From assembly GCA_963746535.1 (NCBI GenBank), contig CAVVBP010000012.1, positions 448,503-512,502 on the forward strand: a stretch of 64,000 nt of DNA, given 5' to 3'. Positions 38,396-47,322 of this stretch are shown in pieces. Below the pieces are notes generated by a model that was not told the origin of the DNA, did not search any database, and saw only the letters and a list, made by a program, of their open reading frames with translations. The position numbers and the translations under genes are program-made. Source of the stretch: Vicinamibacterales bacterium (lineage in GTDB: Bacteria > Acidobacteriota > Vicinamibacteria > Vicinamibacterales > JAMQPK01). Each line of letters begins with the position of its first letter. Position 1 is the stretch's first letter.

Positions 38396-39988
38396 CTAGA
38401 TGGACAGCGCCTGTACCTGCCGGCGTCCCGACAGAACCGCCTCGAAGAGCGCCTTGGAAATGAACGTCGACGTGAACAGGTTGGAAATCAACCCGAAGGT
38501 CAGCGTCACGGCAAACCCGCGGATCGGCCCGGTGCCGAACTGGAAGAGGAACGCCGCGGCAATGAAGCCGGCGATGTGCGTGTCCACCAGTGTCAGAAAC
38601 ACCCGGCTGAAGCCGGAGTTGATCGCGGCTTTGACGCCCTTCCCCGCGTCGAGCTCCTCCTTGATGCGCTCGAAGATCAGCACGTTCGAGTCGACCCCGA
38701 TGCCGATGGTGAGGATGAAGCCCGCGATACCGGGCAGCGTCATCACGGCGCCCGCATAGGCCATCATGCCCAGCAGGATGATGAGGTTCATCACCAGCGC
38801 CACGATGGCGTTGATCCCCGACAGCTTGTAGTACACCAGGAGAAACGCCACGATGAGCACCAAGCCCGCCAGCGATGCCAGGACGCCCGCGCGAATCGAG
38901 TCGGCGCCGAGCGTCGGGCCGATCGTCTGCTGCTGCAGATAGGTGAGCGTCGCGGGCAGCGCGCCCGAGCGCAGAATCAGCGCGAGGTTCTGCGCTTCCT
39001 CCTGCGTAAACCCGCCAGCAATCTGCCCGTCGCCGGCGATGCGCGAGTTGATGGTCGGAGCCGACTGCACCGTTTTGTCGAGCACGATGGCGAGGTAGCG
39101 GCCGACGTTTTCGCCGGTCACCCGCGAGAACGCGGCCGACCCGCTCGCATTCAGGGTGAAGCCCACCGCAGGCATGTTGTTCTCGTCGAGCTGCACGCGC
39201 GCGCTGCGAAGATCCTGGCCCGTGACGGCGGCGACGCGCCGGACGAGGTAGTACATCGGACCGCCGCCCGCCGCCGCTTCGCGCCCGCCGCTCAGCACTT
39301 CCATGTCGGGGGGCACGACACCACCCGTACTGCGCAGGACATCTTCGCGGCTCGGCGATGGCCCCTGCTCCACGAGCTTCAGCTCGAGCATGCCGGGCGA
39401 GCCGATGACTTCCTTCGCCCGATCCACGTCCGAAACACCCGGCAACTGCACCAGGATTTGCTCCGCGCCCTGCTGCGCGATGCTCGGCTCGGTGACGCCC
39501 AGCTCGTTGACGCGGCGCTCGATCGTCTGGCGGGCCTGCACAACCGCTTCCTCACGCAAGGCCTGCGCGACGTTCGGTCGCATTGAGAACGTGTAGCTGC
39601 CGTTGGTACCGGTGCTCCGCTCGAAGTCGATGGACTCCTGCTCGGCCGCCTGGCGGAATGCCTGGTCCTGTGCGGGCGGCACGCCATCGACGCGGAACGT
39701 CGTCACGTTCTGAATCGCGACGGTGGCCGGCACCGAACGGCGCTTCAACTCTTCCTGAAGGCGGCCGCTGTCCTGCTCGGTTTTCACCCGCAGCGCATCA
39801 TCGGTCTGCACGCGCAGCACGAGGTGCACGCCGCCCTTGAGATCGAGCCCCAGCTTCAGCTGGCGATCGCGGAGCCATCCCGGCGCCGGCAGGTTGTAGC
39901 GCGTCGCGAGGATGGGGTACACGCCCACCCCGAAGAAGATGATGAAGACGGAGGAGATGAGGACGAGCTTCCACTGTAAGTTCGACAT
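38396..39988 (-). CDS. secD: protein translocase subunit SecD
   Basis: LGLDLKGG, RRVNELGVTEP, LRSGALP, IGPTLG and VDSNVLIFERIKEE motifs. Confidence 0.95.
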   Translation of the reverse strand: MSNLQWKLVLISSVFIIFFGVGVYPILATRYNLPAPGWLRDRQLKLGLDLKGGVHLVLRVQTDDALRVKTEQDSGRLQEELKRRSVPATVAIQNVTTFRVDGVPPAQDQAFRQAAEQESIDFERSTGTNGSYTFSMRPNVAQALREEAVVQARQTIERRVNELGVTEPSIAQQGAEQILVQLPGVSDVDRAKEVIGSPGMLELKLVEQGPSPSREDVLRSTGGVVPPDMEVLSGGREAAAGGGPMYYLVRRVAAVTGQDLRSARVQLDENNMPAVGFTLNASGSAAFSRVTGENVGRYLAIVLDKTVQSAPTINSRIAGDGQIAGGFTQEEAQNLALILRSGALPATLTYLQQQTIGPTLGADSIRAGVLASLAGLVLIVAFLLVYYKLSGINAIVALVMNLIILLGMMAYAGAVMTLPGIAGFILTIGIGVDSNVLIFERIKEELDAGKGVKAAINSGFSRVFLTLVDTHIAGFIAAAFLFQFGTGPIRGFAVTLTFGLISNLFTSTFISKALFEAVLSGRRQVQALSI

Positions 39989-39992
39989 GGTG

Positions 39993-40334
39993 TTAGTTGG
40001 TGCTGTCGGCCAGCGACTCCTGTCCCTGATAACCGGCGATGGCGTTCTTGGCGAGCTCGATGCGGACCTTGTCGGCAATCTGGAGCTGAACGGTATTGCC
40101 GTCCACCTTCGCCACCGATCCGTAGATGCCGCCGGTGGTGACCACACGGTCGCCGACCTTGAGCGCGTCGAGAAACTCCTGCAGCTTCTTCTGCTTCTTC
40201 TTCGTCGGCAGGAGAATGATGAAATAAAAGATCGCGAACACGAGCGCGATCGGAATCAGCTGGATATAAGGATTGACGCCAGGACCCGGCGGCGTGCCCA
40301 TGGCCAGCATCAGGTTGTACAGACCGACATTCAT
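39993..40334 (-). CDS. yajC: preprotein translocase subunit YajC
   Basis: IFYFIILLP.KKKQK and LKVGDRVVTTGGIYG motifs. Confidence 0.93.
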   Translation of the reverse strand: MNVGLYNLMLAMGTPPGPGVNPYIQLIPIALVFAIFYFIILLPTKKKQKKLQEFLDALKVGDRVVTTGGIYGSVAKVDGNTVQLQIADKVRIELAKNAIAGYQGQESLADSTN

Positions 40335-40337
40335 ACA

Positions 40338-40360
40338 GTAGTGTCCGGCTTCAGCCGGAC
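40338..40360. repeat. GTAG-type REP copy
   Basis: gtagtgtccggcttcagccggac; a degenerate inverted partner (gcccggcctgccggacactc) lies in the tgt tail. Confidence 0.8.
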
Positions 40361-40364
40361 TATT

Positions 40365-41561
40365 TCACGTCGTGCCCGGCCTGCCGGACACTCGACCGCA
40401 GCGGTACCGCTGGGCTGGAAACACGCGACGGTAACTCTGCCTGACTTCCTCCAATGTGGAGAACACTATAGCCTCCCTTAGCCGACGCATGGTGTCAAGG
40501 TAAAAGTGGAGATTATGCAACGTGTTAAGGGTGGCCGACGTCATTTCACGGGAAAGAAAAAGATGGCGCAGATAGGCACGCGAGAAGTGACGGCAGGTGT
40601 AGCAGGCGCACTCCGGATCGGCCGGACGTTCATCCTCCGCAAACTCGGCATTCTTGATGTTCAGACGACCGGCGCTCGTGAATAGCTGTCCGTTACGGGC
40701 ATTGCGCGTCGGCAGTACGCAGTCGAACATATCGATCCCTCGAGCGACGCTTTCCACCAGGTCAACTGGTGAGCCGACGCCCATCAGGTACCGCGGTCGA
40801 TCCGGCGGCAGCCACCGCGCGGTCTCCTCGGTGACGTCGTACATCTCTGCGATGGGCTCGCCGACGCTGAGGCCGCCGATCGCATAGGCCTCGAACCCGA
40901 TGGCGACCGTTTCGTCGACGCTACGCCTGCGCAAATCCGTGTAGGTGCCCCCCTGGATGATGCCGAACTGCGCCTGTCCGGGATTCGTGAAAATAGCTCC
41001 GGGAGCCCCGGAGCTATTTTCACGCAACCGCGTGAAGTGGTCGCGCCCCCGCTTCGCCCACCGCAACGTCCGCTCGAGCGACTCGCGCGCACGGTCGTGC
41101 GATGCCGGATACTCGAGACATTCGTCGAGCACCATCGCGACATCCGATCCAAGCTGCGCCTGAATCTCGACCGCCGATTCGGGCGTCAGCAGATGCTCGC
41201 TCCCATCCAGGTGCGAGCGGAACGTCGCACCCTGTTCCTCCACCGTCCGCCGCGCGGCCAGGCTGAACACCTGATAGCCTCCACTGTCGGTCAGAATCGG
41301 CTTGTCCCAGCCCATGAATGCGTGGAGCCCGCCCAGCCGCGCGATCCGATCGGCGCCCGGCCTGAGATAGAGGTGATAGGTGTTGGCGAGCACGATCTCC
41401 GATCCCAGATCTTCGAGATCGCGCTGCGTCACGGCCTTCACGGCGCCCTGTGTCCCGACGGCCATGAACGCCGGCGTGTTGACGACGCCGTGCGGAGTGC
41501 TCAGCACGCCGCGCCGTGCGGCGCCGTGTGTGTGGGTGACGGTGAAACTGAATTCGGACAT
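40365..41561 (-). CDS. tgt: queuine tRNA-ribosyltransferase
   Basis: DSGGYQVFS, LDEC, IIQGG, GGLSVGE, YLMGVG, DCVLPTR and CACYTC motifs. Confidence 0.96.
   Translation of the reverse strand: MSEFSFTVTHTHGAARRGVLSTPHGVVNTPAFMAVGTQGAVKAVTQRDLEDLGSEIVLANTYHLYLRPGADRIARLGGLHAFMGWDKPILTDSGGYQVFSLAARRTVEEQGATFRSHLDGSEHLLTPESAVEIQAQLGSDVAMVLDECLEYPASHDRARESLERTLRWAKRGRDHFTRLRENSSGAPGAIFTNPGQAQFGIIQGGTYTDLRRRSVDETVAIGFEAYAIGGLSVGEPIAEMYDVTEETARWLPPDRPRYLMGVGSPVDLVESVARGIDMFDCVLPTRNARNGQLFTSAGRLNIKNAEFAEDERPADPECACYTCRHFSRAYLRHLFLSREMTSATLNTLHNLHFYLDTMRRLREAIVFSTLEEVRQSYRRVFPAQRYRCGRVSGRPGTT
40986..41024. repeat. 39-bp perfect palindrome inserted in frame in tgt
   Basis: cgtgaaaatagctccggg-agc-cccggagctattttcacg (18-bp arms); encodes RENSSGAPGAIFT. 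Confidence 0.85.
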
Positions 41562-41594
41562 GAATGACTTCAGCCAGTTATATTAGTACCCACC

Positions 41595-42737
41595 TTGACG
41601 AAACTTCGGGTAGGCGTCATCTACGGCGGCCGATCGGGCGAGCACGAGGTCTCGATCGCCTCGGCCGCGGCGGTCGTCCAGAATCTCGACAACGCGCGTT
41701 ACGAAGCCATACCGATCAGGATCGAGAAGGACGGCCGCTGGGTCATCGCCGACCGCCTCCCGTCATCCTCCTCCGCGGCTGCCGTGATCGAGCAGAGCCG
41801 CGCCGATGCCGCCAGGCGTATCGGGCGTGACGGACGCGAAGCGCACCTCGTCGCCCATCCGAGCGAGGAACAGATCATGACGATCGACCGCGGCGCCAGC
41901 CCCGCCGTCGCCGGCCTCGCGCTCGACGTCGTGTTTCCGGTGCTGCATGGTCCGTACGGCGAAGATGGCACGGTGCAGGGGCTGCTGGAGCTCGCCAATA
42001 TTCCATACGTGGGCGCAGGCGTGCTCGCGTCGGCGGTCGGTATGGACAAGGCGGCGGCCAAGCTGATATTCGCGGCGCGCGGCCTGCCGCTGGCCAAGTA
42101 CCTCGTCGTGCTGCGCAACGAGTGGATCTCCGCACCCGGGCGGATCACGAACGACGTGACCCGACAGCTCGGTTATCCGGTGTTCGTGAAACCGGCCAAT
42201 CTCGGATCCAGCGTCGGTATTTCCAAAGCCAAGAGCGAAGCGGCGCTGCCCGCGGCGATCAACACCGCGGCCGAGTTCGACCGCAAGATCGTGATCGAAG
42301 CGGCGGTGCCCAACGCGCGCGAGATCGAGGTGGCGGTGCTCGGCAACGATCATCCCGAAACATCCGTGCCTGGAGAAGTCATCCCATCGCGCGAGTTCTA
42401 CGACTACCAGGCCAAGTACCTGGATGACGACTCGCGCGTGATCATCCCAGCCGAGTTACCGCCAGGTGTCGCAAGCGACATCAAGCGGCTGGCAGTGGAC
42501 GTCTTCCGCGCGGTCGACTGTGCGGGCATGGCGCGGGTCGATTTCCTCATGGACGGCGGCACGGGCACGCTCTACGTGAACGAAATCAACACGATTCCAG
42601 GCTTCACCACGATCAGCATGTATTCCAAAATGTGGGCCGCGTCGGGGGTGTCCTATCCCGAGCTGCTCGATCGACTCATCGCGCTCGCGCGCGAGCGCCA
42701 CGCAGAGAAACAGCAAATCCGCACGACCTTGCCGTGA
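41595..42737 (+). CDS. ddl: D-alanine-D-alanine ligase
   Basis: GGRSGEHEVS, PVLHGPYGEDGT, VKPANLGSSVG, FYDYQAKY and EINTIPGFT motifs. Confidence 0.96.
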   Translation: MTKLRVGVIYGGRSGEHEVSIASAAAVVQNLDNARYEAIPIRIEKDGRWVIADRLPSSSSAAAVIEQSRADAARRIGRDGREAHLVAHPSEEQIMTIDRGASPAVAGLALDVVFPVLHGPYGEDGTVQGLLELANIPYVGAGVLASAVGMDKAAAKLIFAARGLPLAKYLVVLRNEWISAPGRITNDVTRQLGYPVFVKPANLGSSVGISKAKSEAALPAAINTAAEFDRKIVIEAAVPNAREIEVAVLGNDHPETSVPGEVIPSREFYDYQAKYLDDDSRVIIPAELPPGVASDIKRLAVDVFRAVDCAGMARVDFLMDGGTGTLYVNEINTIPGFTTISMYSKMWAASGVSYPELLDRLIALARERHAEKQQIRTTLP

Positions 42738-42739
42738 GC

Positions 42740-43939
42740 ATGACGGCGCGTACGTGTGGTGTGCCACAGAGAGCGCAACGGTTCTCTCTTCTCCAGGTTC
42801 TCTGCGCGATCTGCGGCGGGCTGGCGCTGTCTCCGGCATCTGCCGGAGCGGCGGGCCTGACCTCGCCCGAGCCGCTCGTCAAGGCGTACGAGCTCGTCCT
42901 CGAGGCGCGCTTCGACGAAGCGGCGCGGCAGCTCAAGTCCGCGTGCCCGCCGGCGCCACAGCCGGCCTGCGACGTCATCGCGGCGGTGAACGGCTACTGG
43001 CGCCTGCTCGTGAATCCTGACGACACGGCGGGCGACACCGCGCTGATGAACCAGATCAACGCGGCCATCGCATCCTGCGAAACATGGGTGGCGAAGGAGC
43101 CGAAGCGGGCTGAAGCCTGGTTCTATCTGGGCGGCGCCTACGGAACGCGCGTGCTCCTGCGCGGGCTTCGCGGCCAGTATCTCTCGGCCGCACGGGACGG
43201 CAAACGCATCCACGACTCGCTGCAGCTCACCATCAAGATGGATCCTGCCCTCGGAGACGCGTATTTCGGGCTGGGGCTGTATCACTACTACGCGGCCATC
43301 GCGCCACGCGCCGCGCGCCTGATTGCGATGCTGATGTTTCTGCCGGGCGGCGATCGCGAGGGGGGACTGCGTGAAATGGAGCAGACGCGCACCAAGGGGG
43401 TGCTGATGCGGGGCGAAGCCGACTACCAGCTTCACCTCATCTATCTCTGGTACGAACGCCAGCACACGACGGCGCTGCGGCTCATCGAAGGGCTGCGCGA
43501 CCGCTACCCGCACAATCCCGTGTTCCATCTCCGTCTCGCCGACGTGCAGGGCAACTACGTCCGCAACCATCAGGCGGCGCTGCAGACCTACCGATCGATG
43601 CTCGAGGGCGCGCAGACGGGACGCATCGCGATGTCCGAGATATCGGAGGTGCACGCGCGACTCGGCGTGGCGCAGGAGCTCGACGCGTTGTGCGACAGCG
43701 GCGGCGCGATCGAACAGCTGAACGCGGTGATCGCCAGAAAGCCCGTTGCGCCATACGCCGCGCTCGCGCGCGCGTACTATCAACTGGGCGTCGTGCACGA
43801 TCGATCGGGACGACGATCGGATGCGATCGCCGCCTATGAACGCGCCCAGCGCGAGACGCCTCGTGACGATCGTCTGGAGTTGAATGAGAAACTTCGCGCG
43901 GCGATGAGACGCCCGCCGGCGACGCGAGTGTGCCGCTGA
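42740..43939 (+). CDS. exported TPR-repeat protein
   Basis: Signal-like segment; AWFYLGGAY, DAYFGLGLY and AYYQLG TPR helices; follows ddl. Confidence 0.8.
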   Translation: MTARTCGVPQRAQRFSLLQVLCAICGGLALSPASAGAAGLTSPEPLVKAYELVLEARFDEAARQLKSACPPAPQPACDVIAAVNGYWRLLVNPDDTAGDTALMNQINAAIASCETWVAKEPKRAEAWFYLGGAYGTRVLLRGLRGQYLSAARDGKRIHDSLQLTIKMDPALGDAYFGLGLYHYYAAIAPRAARLIAMLMFLPGGDREGGLREMEQTRTKGVLMRGEADYQLHLIYLWYERQHTTALRLIEGLRDRYPHNPVFHLRLADVQGNYVRNHQAALQTYRSMLEGAQTGRIAMSEISEVHARLGVAQELDALCDSGGAIEQLNAVIARKPVAPYAALARAYYQLGVVHDRSGRRSDAIAAYERAQRETPRDDRLELNEKLRAAMRRPPATRVCR

Positions 43940-43946
43940 CCTAGCT

Positions 43947-44007
43947 CAAAAAATTTGTGTTTTCAATCACTTTTTTGTTGACATGAAATTTTTCTCATCC
44001 ATAATCT
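43947..44007 (+). promoter_or_regulatory. strong sigma70 promoter with AT-rich UP element
   Basis: A/T tracts, then TTGACA (43978-83) and CATAAT (44000-05) or TAATCT (44002-07). Confidence 0.75.
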
Positions 44008-44100
44008 ACATCTTGTATGAGGGTGGATGGCTCAGACCACCCGTTGTGAGACCTCGGTCCGGGCTTTTCAGCTGAGCGAGTCAAACTTCAAGGAGGAAGA

Positions 44101-44145
44101 ATGGCGAAAAAGGGTGGAAAGAAAAAGGGCGGCAAGAAGCGGTAA
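44101..44145 (+). CDS. 14-aa Lys/Gly-rich basic peptide, copy 1 (MAKKGGKKKGGKKR)
   Basis: AAGGAGG SD 4 nt upstream; double stop TAATAG; followed by a terminator. Confidence 0.8.
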   Translation: MAKKGGKKKGGKKR

Positions 44146-44164
44146 TAGCCGTCCGACCGGTTCC

Positions 44165-44200
44165 GGGGGTGCTCAGCAATGACACCCCCTCTTTTTTTTT
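44165..44200 (+). terminator. Rho-independent terminator
   Basis: gggggtg..tca-GCAA-tga..caccccc stem followed by a T9 run. Confidence 0.85.
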
Positions 44201-44340
44201 AGCGGCACTGATCATTCCCAGCAAGAGCACAGCGAGCACCGTTCCGTTACACGCGAGCTGACGTGCCAGGCGGCAGAGGCTTCGCGGTAGACGAGCCGAA
44301 GGGTTCTCGCAACCTTACTGACGAGAGGGGGGAGACGCAA

Positions 44341-44385
44341 ATGGCGAAAAAAGGCGGCAAGAAAAAGGGCGGCAAGAAGCGCTAG
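44341..44385 (+). CDS. 14-aa Lys/Gly-rich basic peptide, copy 2 (MAKKGGKKKGGKKR)
   Basis: Purine-rich SD (agaggggggag); identical peptide with 4 synonymous changes and a different stop codon. Confidence 0.8.
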   Translation: MAKKGGKKKGGKKR

Positions 44386-44393
44386 GCCCCTTT

Positions 44394-44425
44394 CAGGAGG
44401 CGGTCGGACCGATCGCCTCCTGTCT
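44394..44425. terminator. hairpin between peptide copy 2 and the convergent PPIase gene
   Basis: caggaggcg/cgcctcctg 9-bp stem with inner gtcg/cgat pairing. Confidence 0.7.
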
Positions 44426-44447
44426 TCTCACAGATTCCAGATTCAGC

Positions 44448-46565
44448 TCACTGCACCCCATCCCACACCCGAATCCGCGTCACGACATCCCACTGGTTGA
44501 TCGCGTCGACCACCTCGATACCCGTAACGACCCGGCCGAAGACGGTGTAACGGGCGTCGAGATGCGGCTGCGGGCCGTGGGTGATGAAGAACTGGCTGCC
44601 TCCGGTATCTCGCCATGACAGCGCCATGCCGACCGTGCCGCGCAGATACGGCTCCTGGTTCAACTCGTCGCGAATCGTAAAGCCCGGCCCGCCCTCACCA
44701 TCGCCGCGCGGATCGCCGCCCTGAACGACGAAATCCGGCACGACGCGATGGAACGTGAGACCGTCGAAGTAGCCCTTGCGGGCCAGCGCGATGAAGCTGT
44801 CCGAGGTGAGCGGCGCGTCGAGCACGTCGAGCTCGATTTCGATCGTGCCTTTCGCCGTCTCGATGAACACGTGGGGTGAAACCGACGGCGTGACGAGCGC
44901 CGGCGTCTCATACTTGACCGGCCGCGACGAGGGTGCGGGCCTGATGGCCTGCGCAGTGTCGATCGTCGGATCGAGCGTCTTCAGCAGTTCGGCGGCTTTC
45001 ACCCTTACCGCCCAATCCTTGTCGGCCAGCGCGGTGCGGAGCGTGGGCACCGCGGCCGTCGCGCCGTATTTCGAAAGCGCATCAATGGCAGCCGCGCGCG
45101 TGTCGATGACGAGATCGGCTTCGCCGCGCTTGTAGGCCGCCACCAGCGCCTCGACGCCGCCGTCCGGCAGGGTCTCGCCGATGTTCGACGCGGCCGCGGC
45201 ACGGACGTTCACGTCTTCCTTGCCAAGATGTTCGAACAGGATCTTCGCAATATCGGGTGCCTTCAACTTCGTCAACGCCGTCAGCACCGACGGGACGACA
45301 CGCATGTCGCTGTCCGCGAGCATCGGCATCAGCCGCGGCAACGATCGCTCTGGATCCTTCGTGCCGAGAATGGTCGCGAGCCCGGCGCGCACGCTCCAGT
45401 GGGGATCGGGATCGAGCCCCGACAGCACGGTGAGGAAAGTGTCATCGTCGCGCTTCGCGAATCCCTGCAGCGCCGCGAGCCGTACGTTCGGCAGCGGATC
45501 GCCCATGAAATCGACGAACGCATCCACACTGACGGGGCCGTCCGATTCTCCAAGCGCCAACAGCGTTTCGGACCGCGCCATCGGGTTCAACCCGCGCGTG
45601 TAGAGCAATTTGGTCAGCACCGGCTCGCCACGCTCGTCGCCGAGGCGCGCGATCGCGCGGATGGCTTCGATCGTGACGCCGCTCGTCGCATGCGCCGCAT
45701 CGATCGACGCCAGGATGACGGGGACGGCCGATTCGTCGCCGATCGCGCCAAGCCCCTTGAGGGCAAACGCTCTCGTGTACGCGCTGCTCGTCTGCGCAAG
45801 CGTCATCAGAACCGGAAGGGCCCGCTTGTCTTCGATGCGCTGGAAGGCATACGCCACCGGCCACCATTGCACGCGCGGCTGTCCATCGGGCCCGAGGAGC
45901 GACGTCGCCAGGCTGTCGTAGCTCTTCAGCCGCGTCAGCGCGTACACACCGAGCCTGAAGGCCTCGACCGCCGGATCTGCAGGCGCGCGGCTGTCGTCGG
46001 CCGGAAGCGCGGCAGCAGCGGCGGCGTTGGCCACGATCATCTTGCTGATCGCCGGCGCCGACGCCGTGTCGCCGATGAGCCCGAGCGCTTCCGCGGCGCG
46101 ACCGGCCACAAGCGGCAACGGATCGGCGAGGGCGGCACGCAACGGTTCGACGGCCGACTGGTCGCCGATCAGTCCGAGCGCGAACGCCGCCATCTGCCTG
46201 ACTTCGGGATCGGCATCCGACTGCATCACCTTGACGAGCGCCGGCACGGCTTCCGGTAACCCGACGCGTCCGATGGCAATCGCGGCGCGGCGGCGGGTGC
46301 GCGCCTCGGTATCGTTCAACAACAGCACCAGATCGGGAGGCGGCGGCGGTGGAGGCGGCACGACCTCGCCTTTGCGCGGCGGCTTCACGATCGGAGGCGG
46401 CACGACCGGCGCGCTCGCGTCGCGAAGGATCCGTTGGTCCTCGAGGCGGAGAATCCACGACATTTTCGTCTCGAACGACGGGGTCACGACCGGCGGGGGC
46501 AGCGGAGCCGTTCCGCACCCCACGGCGACCAGAGACACAAATGCAAATGAAATACGGCGAAGCAT
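44448..46565 (-). CDS. lipoprotein with HEAT repeats and a C-terminal cyclophilin-type PPIase
   Basis: Lipobox AVGC; repeats of VR..AA.ALG; FHRVVPDFVVQGGDP and GGSQFFIT..PHLD..YTVFG. Confidence 0.88.
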   Translation of the reverse strand: MLRRISFAFVSLVAVGCGTAPLPPPVVTPSFETKMSWILRLEDQRILRDASAPVVPPPIVKPPRKGEVVPPPPPPPPDLVLLLNDTEARTRRRAAIAIGRVGLPEAVPALVKVMQSDADPEVRQMAAFALGLIGDQSAVEPLRAALADPLPLVAGRAAEALGLIGDTASAPAISKMIVANAAAAAALPADDSRAPADPAVEAFRLGVYALTRLKSYDSLATSLLGPDGQPRVQWWPVAYAFQRIEDKRALPVLMTLAQTSSAYTRAFALKGLGAIGDESAVPVILASIDAAHATSGVTIEAIRAIARLGDERGEPVLTKLLYTRGLNPMARSETLLALGESDGPVSVDAFVDFMGDPLPNVRLAALQGFAKRDDDTFLTVLSGLDPDPHWSVRAGLATILGTKDPERSLPRLMPMLADSDMRVVPSVLTALTKLKAPDIAKILFEHLGKEDVNVRAAAASNIGETLPDGGVEALVAAYKRGEADLVIDTRAAAIDALSKYGATAAVPTLRTALADKDWAVRVKAAELLKTLDPTIDTAQAIRPAPSSRPVKYETPALVTPSVSPHVFIETAKGTIEIELDVLDAPLTSDSFIALARKGYFDGLTFHRVVPDFVVQGGDPRGDGEGGPGFTIRDELNQEPYLRGTVGMALSWRDTGGSQFFITHGPQPHLDARYTVFGRVVTGIEVVDAINQWDVVTRIRVWDGVQ

Positions 46566-46663
46566 GCCAACCCCAATATAACAGGTGCGAGGAGTGCAAA
46601 AGTGCGAAGGCCGCTCGGCCAAAGCGCCCAGCCGCGACGGCGGATTTGGTACACTGCGGCGGG

Positions 46664-47311
46664 TTGGAGTTTCGCTACATCGCGATAGACGGTCCGATTG
46701 GCGCAGGCAAGTCGGCACTCGCCGAACGGCTCGCGGCGAGACTCGACGCCTCATTGGTCCGGGAGGATCCGGAAAATCCCTTCCTGGCCGATTTTTACGC
46801 GGATCGTCCCGGTGCGGCACTGCAGGCGCAGCTCTTCTACCTCCTGAACCGGCACCGGCAACTGGTCGATCGCCGGCAGGCCGATCTGTTTTCACAGGTG
46901 GCGATCTGCGATTACATTTTTGAAAAAGATCGCATTTACGCGTACCTCAACCTCGACGACAACGAGCTGTTCATCTATCAGCGCCTGTTCGATCTGCTCG
47001 CGCAGGACGTGCCGACGCCCGATCTCGTCATCTACCTCCAGACCCCGAGCGACGTCCTGCTCAAGCGTTTGCAGGCGCGCGCCCGCGAGCCCGAGCGCCC
47101 CTCGCTCCTGCCCGACGTGGACTATTTGCGCGAGCTGAACGAGGCGTATCATCATTTCTTCTTTCACTACACGGCGACCTCGCTGCTGGTCGTGGAAGGC
47201 TCCGAGTTCCGTCCCCAGGACGACGATGAGGCGCTGGACGATCTGGTGAAGCAAATCAAGACAATGGGTCGGGGCACGAGGTACTACGTGCCGCGCACCC
47301 GGTTGAGGTAA
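46664..47311 (+). CDS. deoxynucleoside kinase
   Basis: IAIDGPIGAGKS, NPFLADFY, QLFYLLNR, DY.FEKD.IY and PDLVIYL; TTG start after TGGTACACT. Confidence 0.88.
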   Translation: MEFRYIAIDGPIGAGKSALAERLAARLDASLVREDPENPFLADFYADRPGAALQAQLFYLLNRHRQLVDRRQADLFSQVAICDYIFEKDRIYAYLNLDDNELFIYQRLFDLLAQDVPTPDLVIYLQTPSDVLLKRLQARAREPERPSLLPDVDYLRELNEAYHHFFFHYTATSLLVVEGSEFRPQDDDEALDDLVKQIKTMGRGTRYYVPRTRLR

Positions 47312-47322
47312 AGTCGCGAGAT

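Noticed and set aside
44101-44200. K/G peptide as a classical Lys/Gly attenuator leader
   Set aside because: No biosynthetic operon lies downstream (only the second copy, then a convergent gene), and exact peptide conservation between copies points to a product function. Copy 1 regulating copy 2 is not excluded.
44325-44342. GACGCAAA resembling a c-di-GMP-I riboswitch
   Set aside because: The GNRA/receptor and P1 elements are not found, and the motif overlaps the SD/ATG region.
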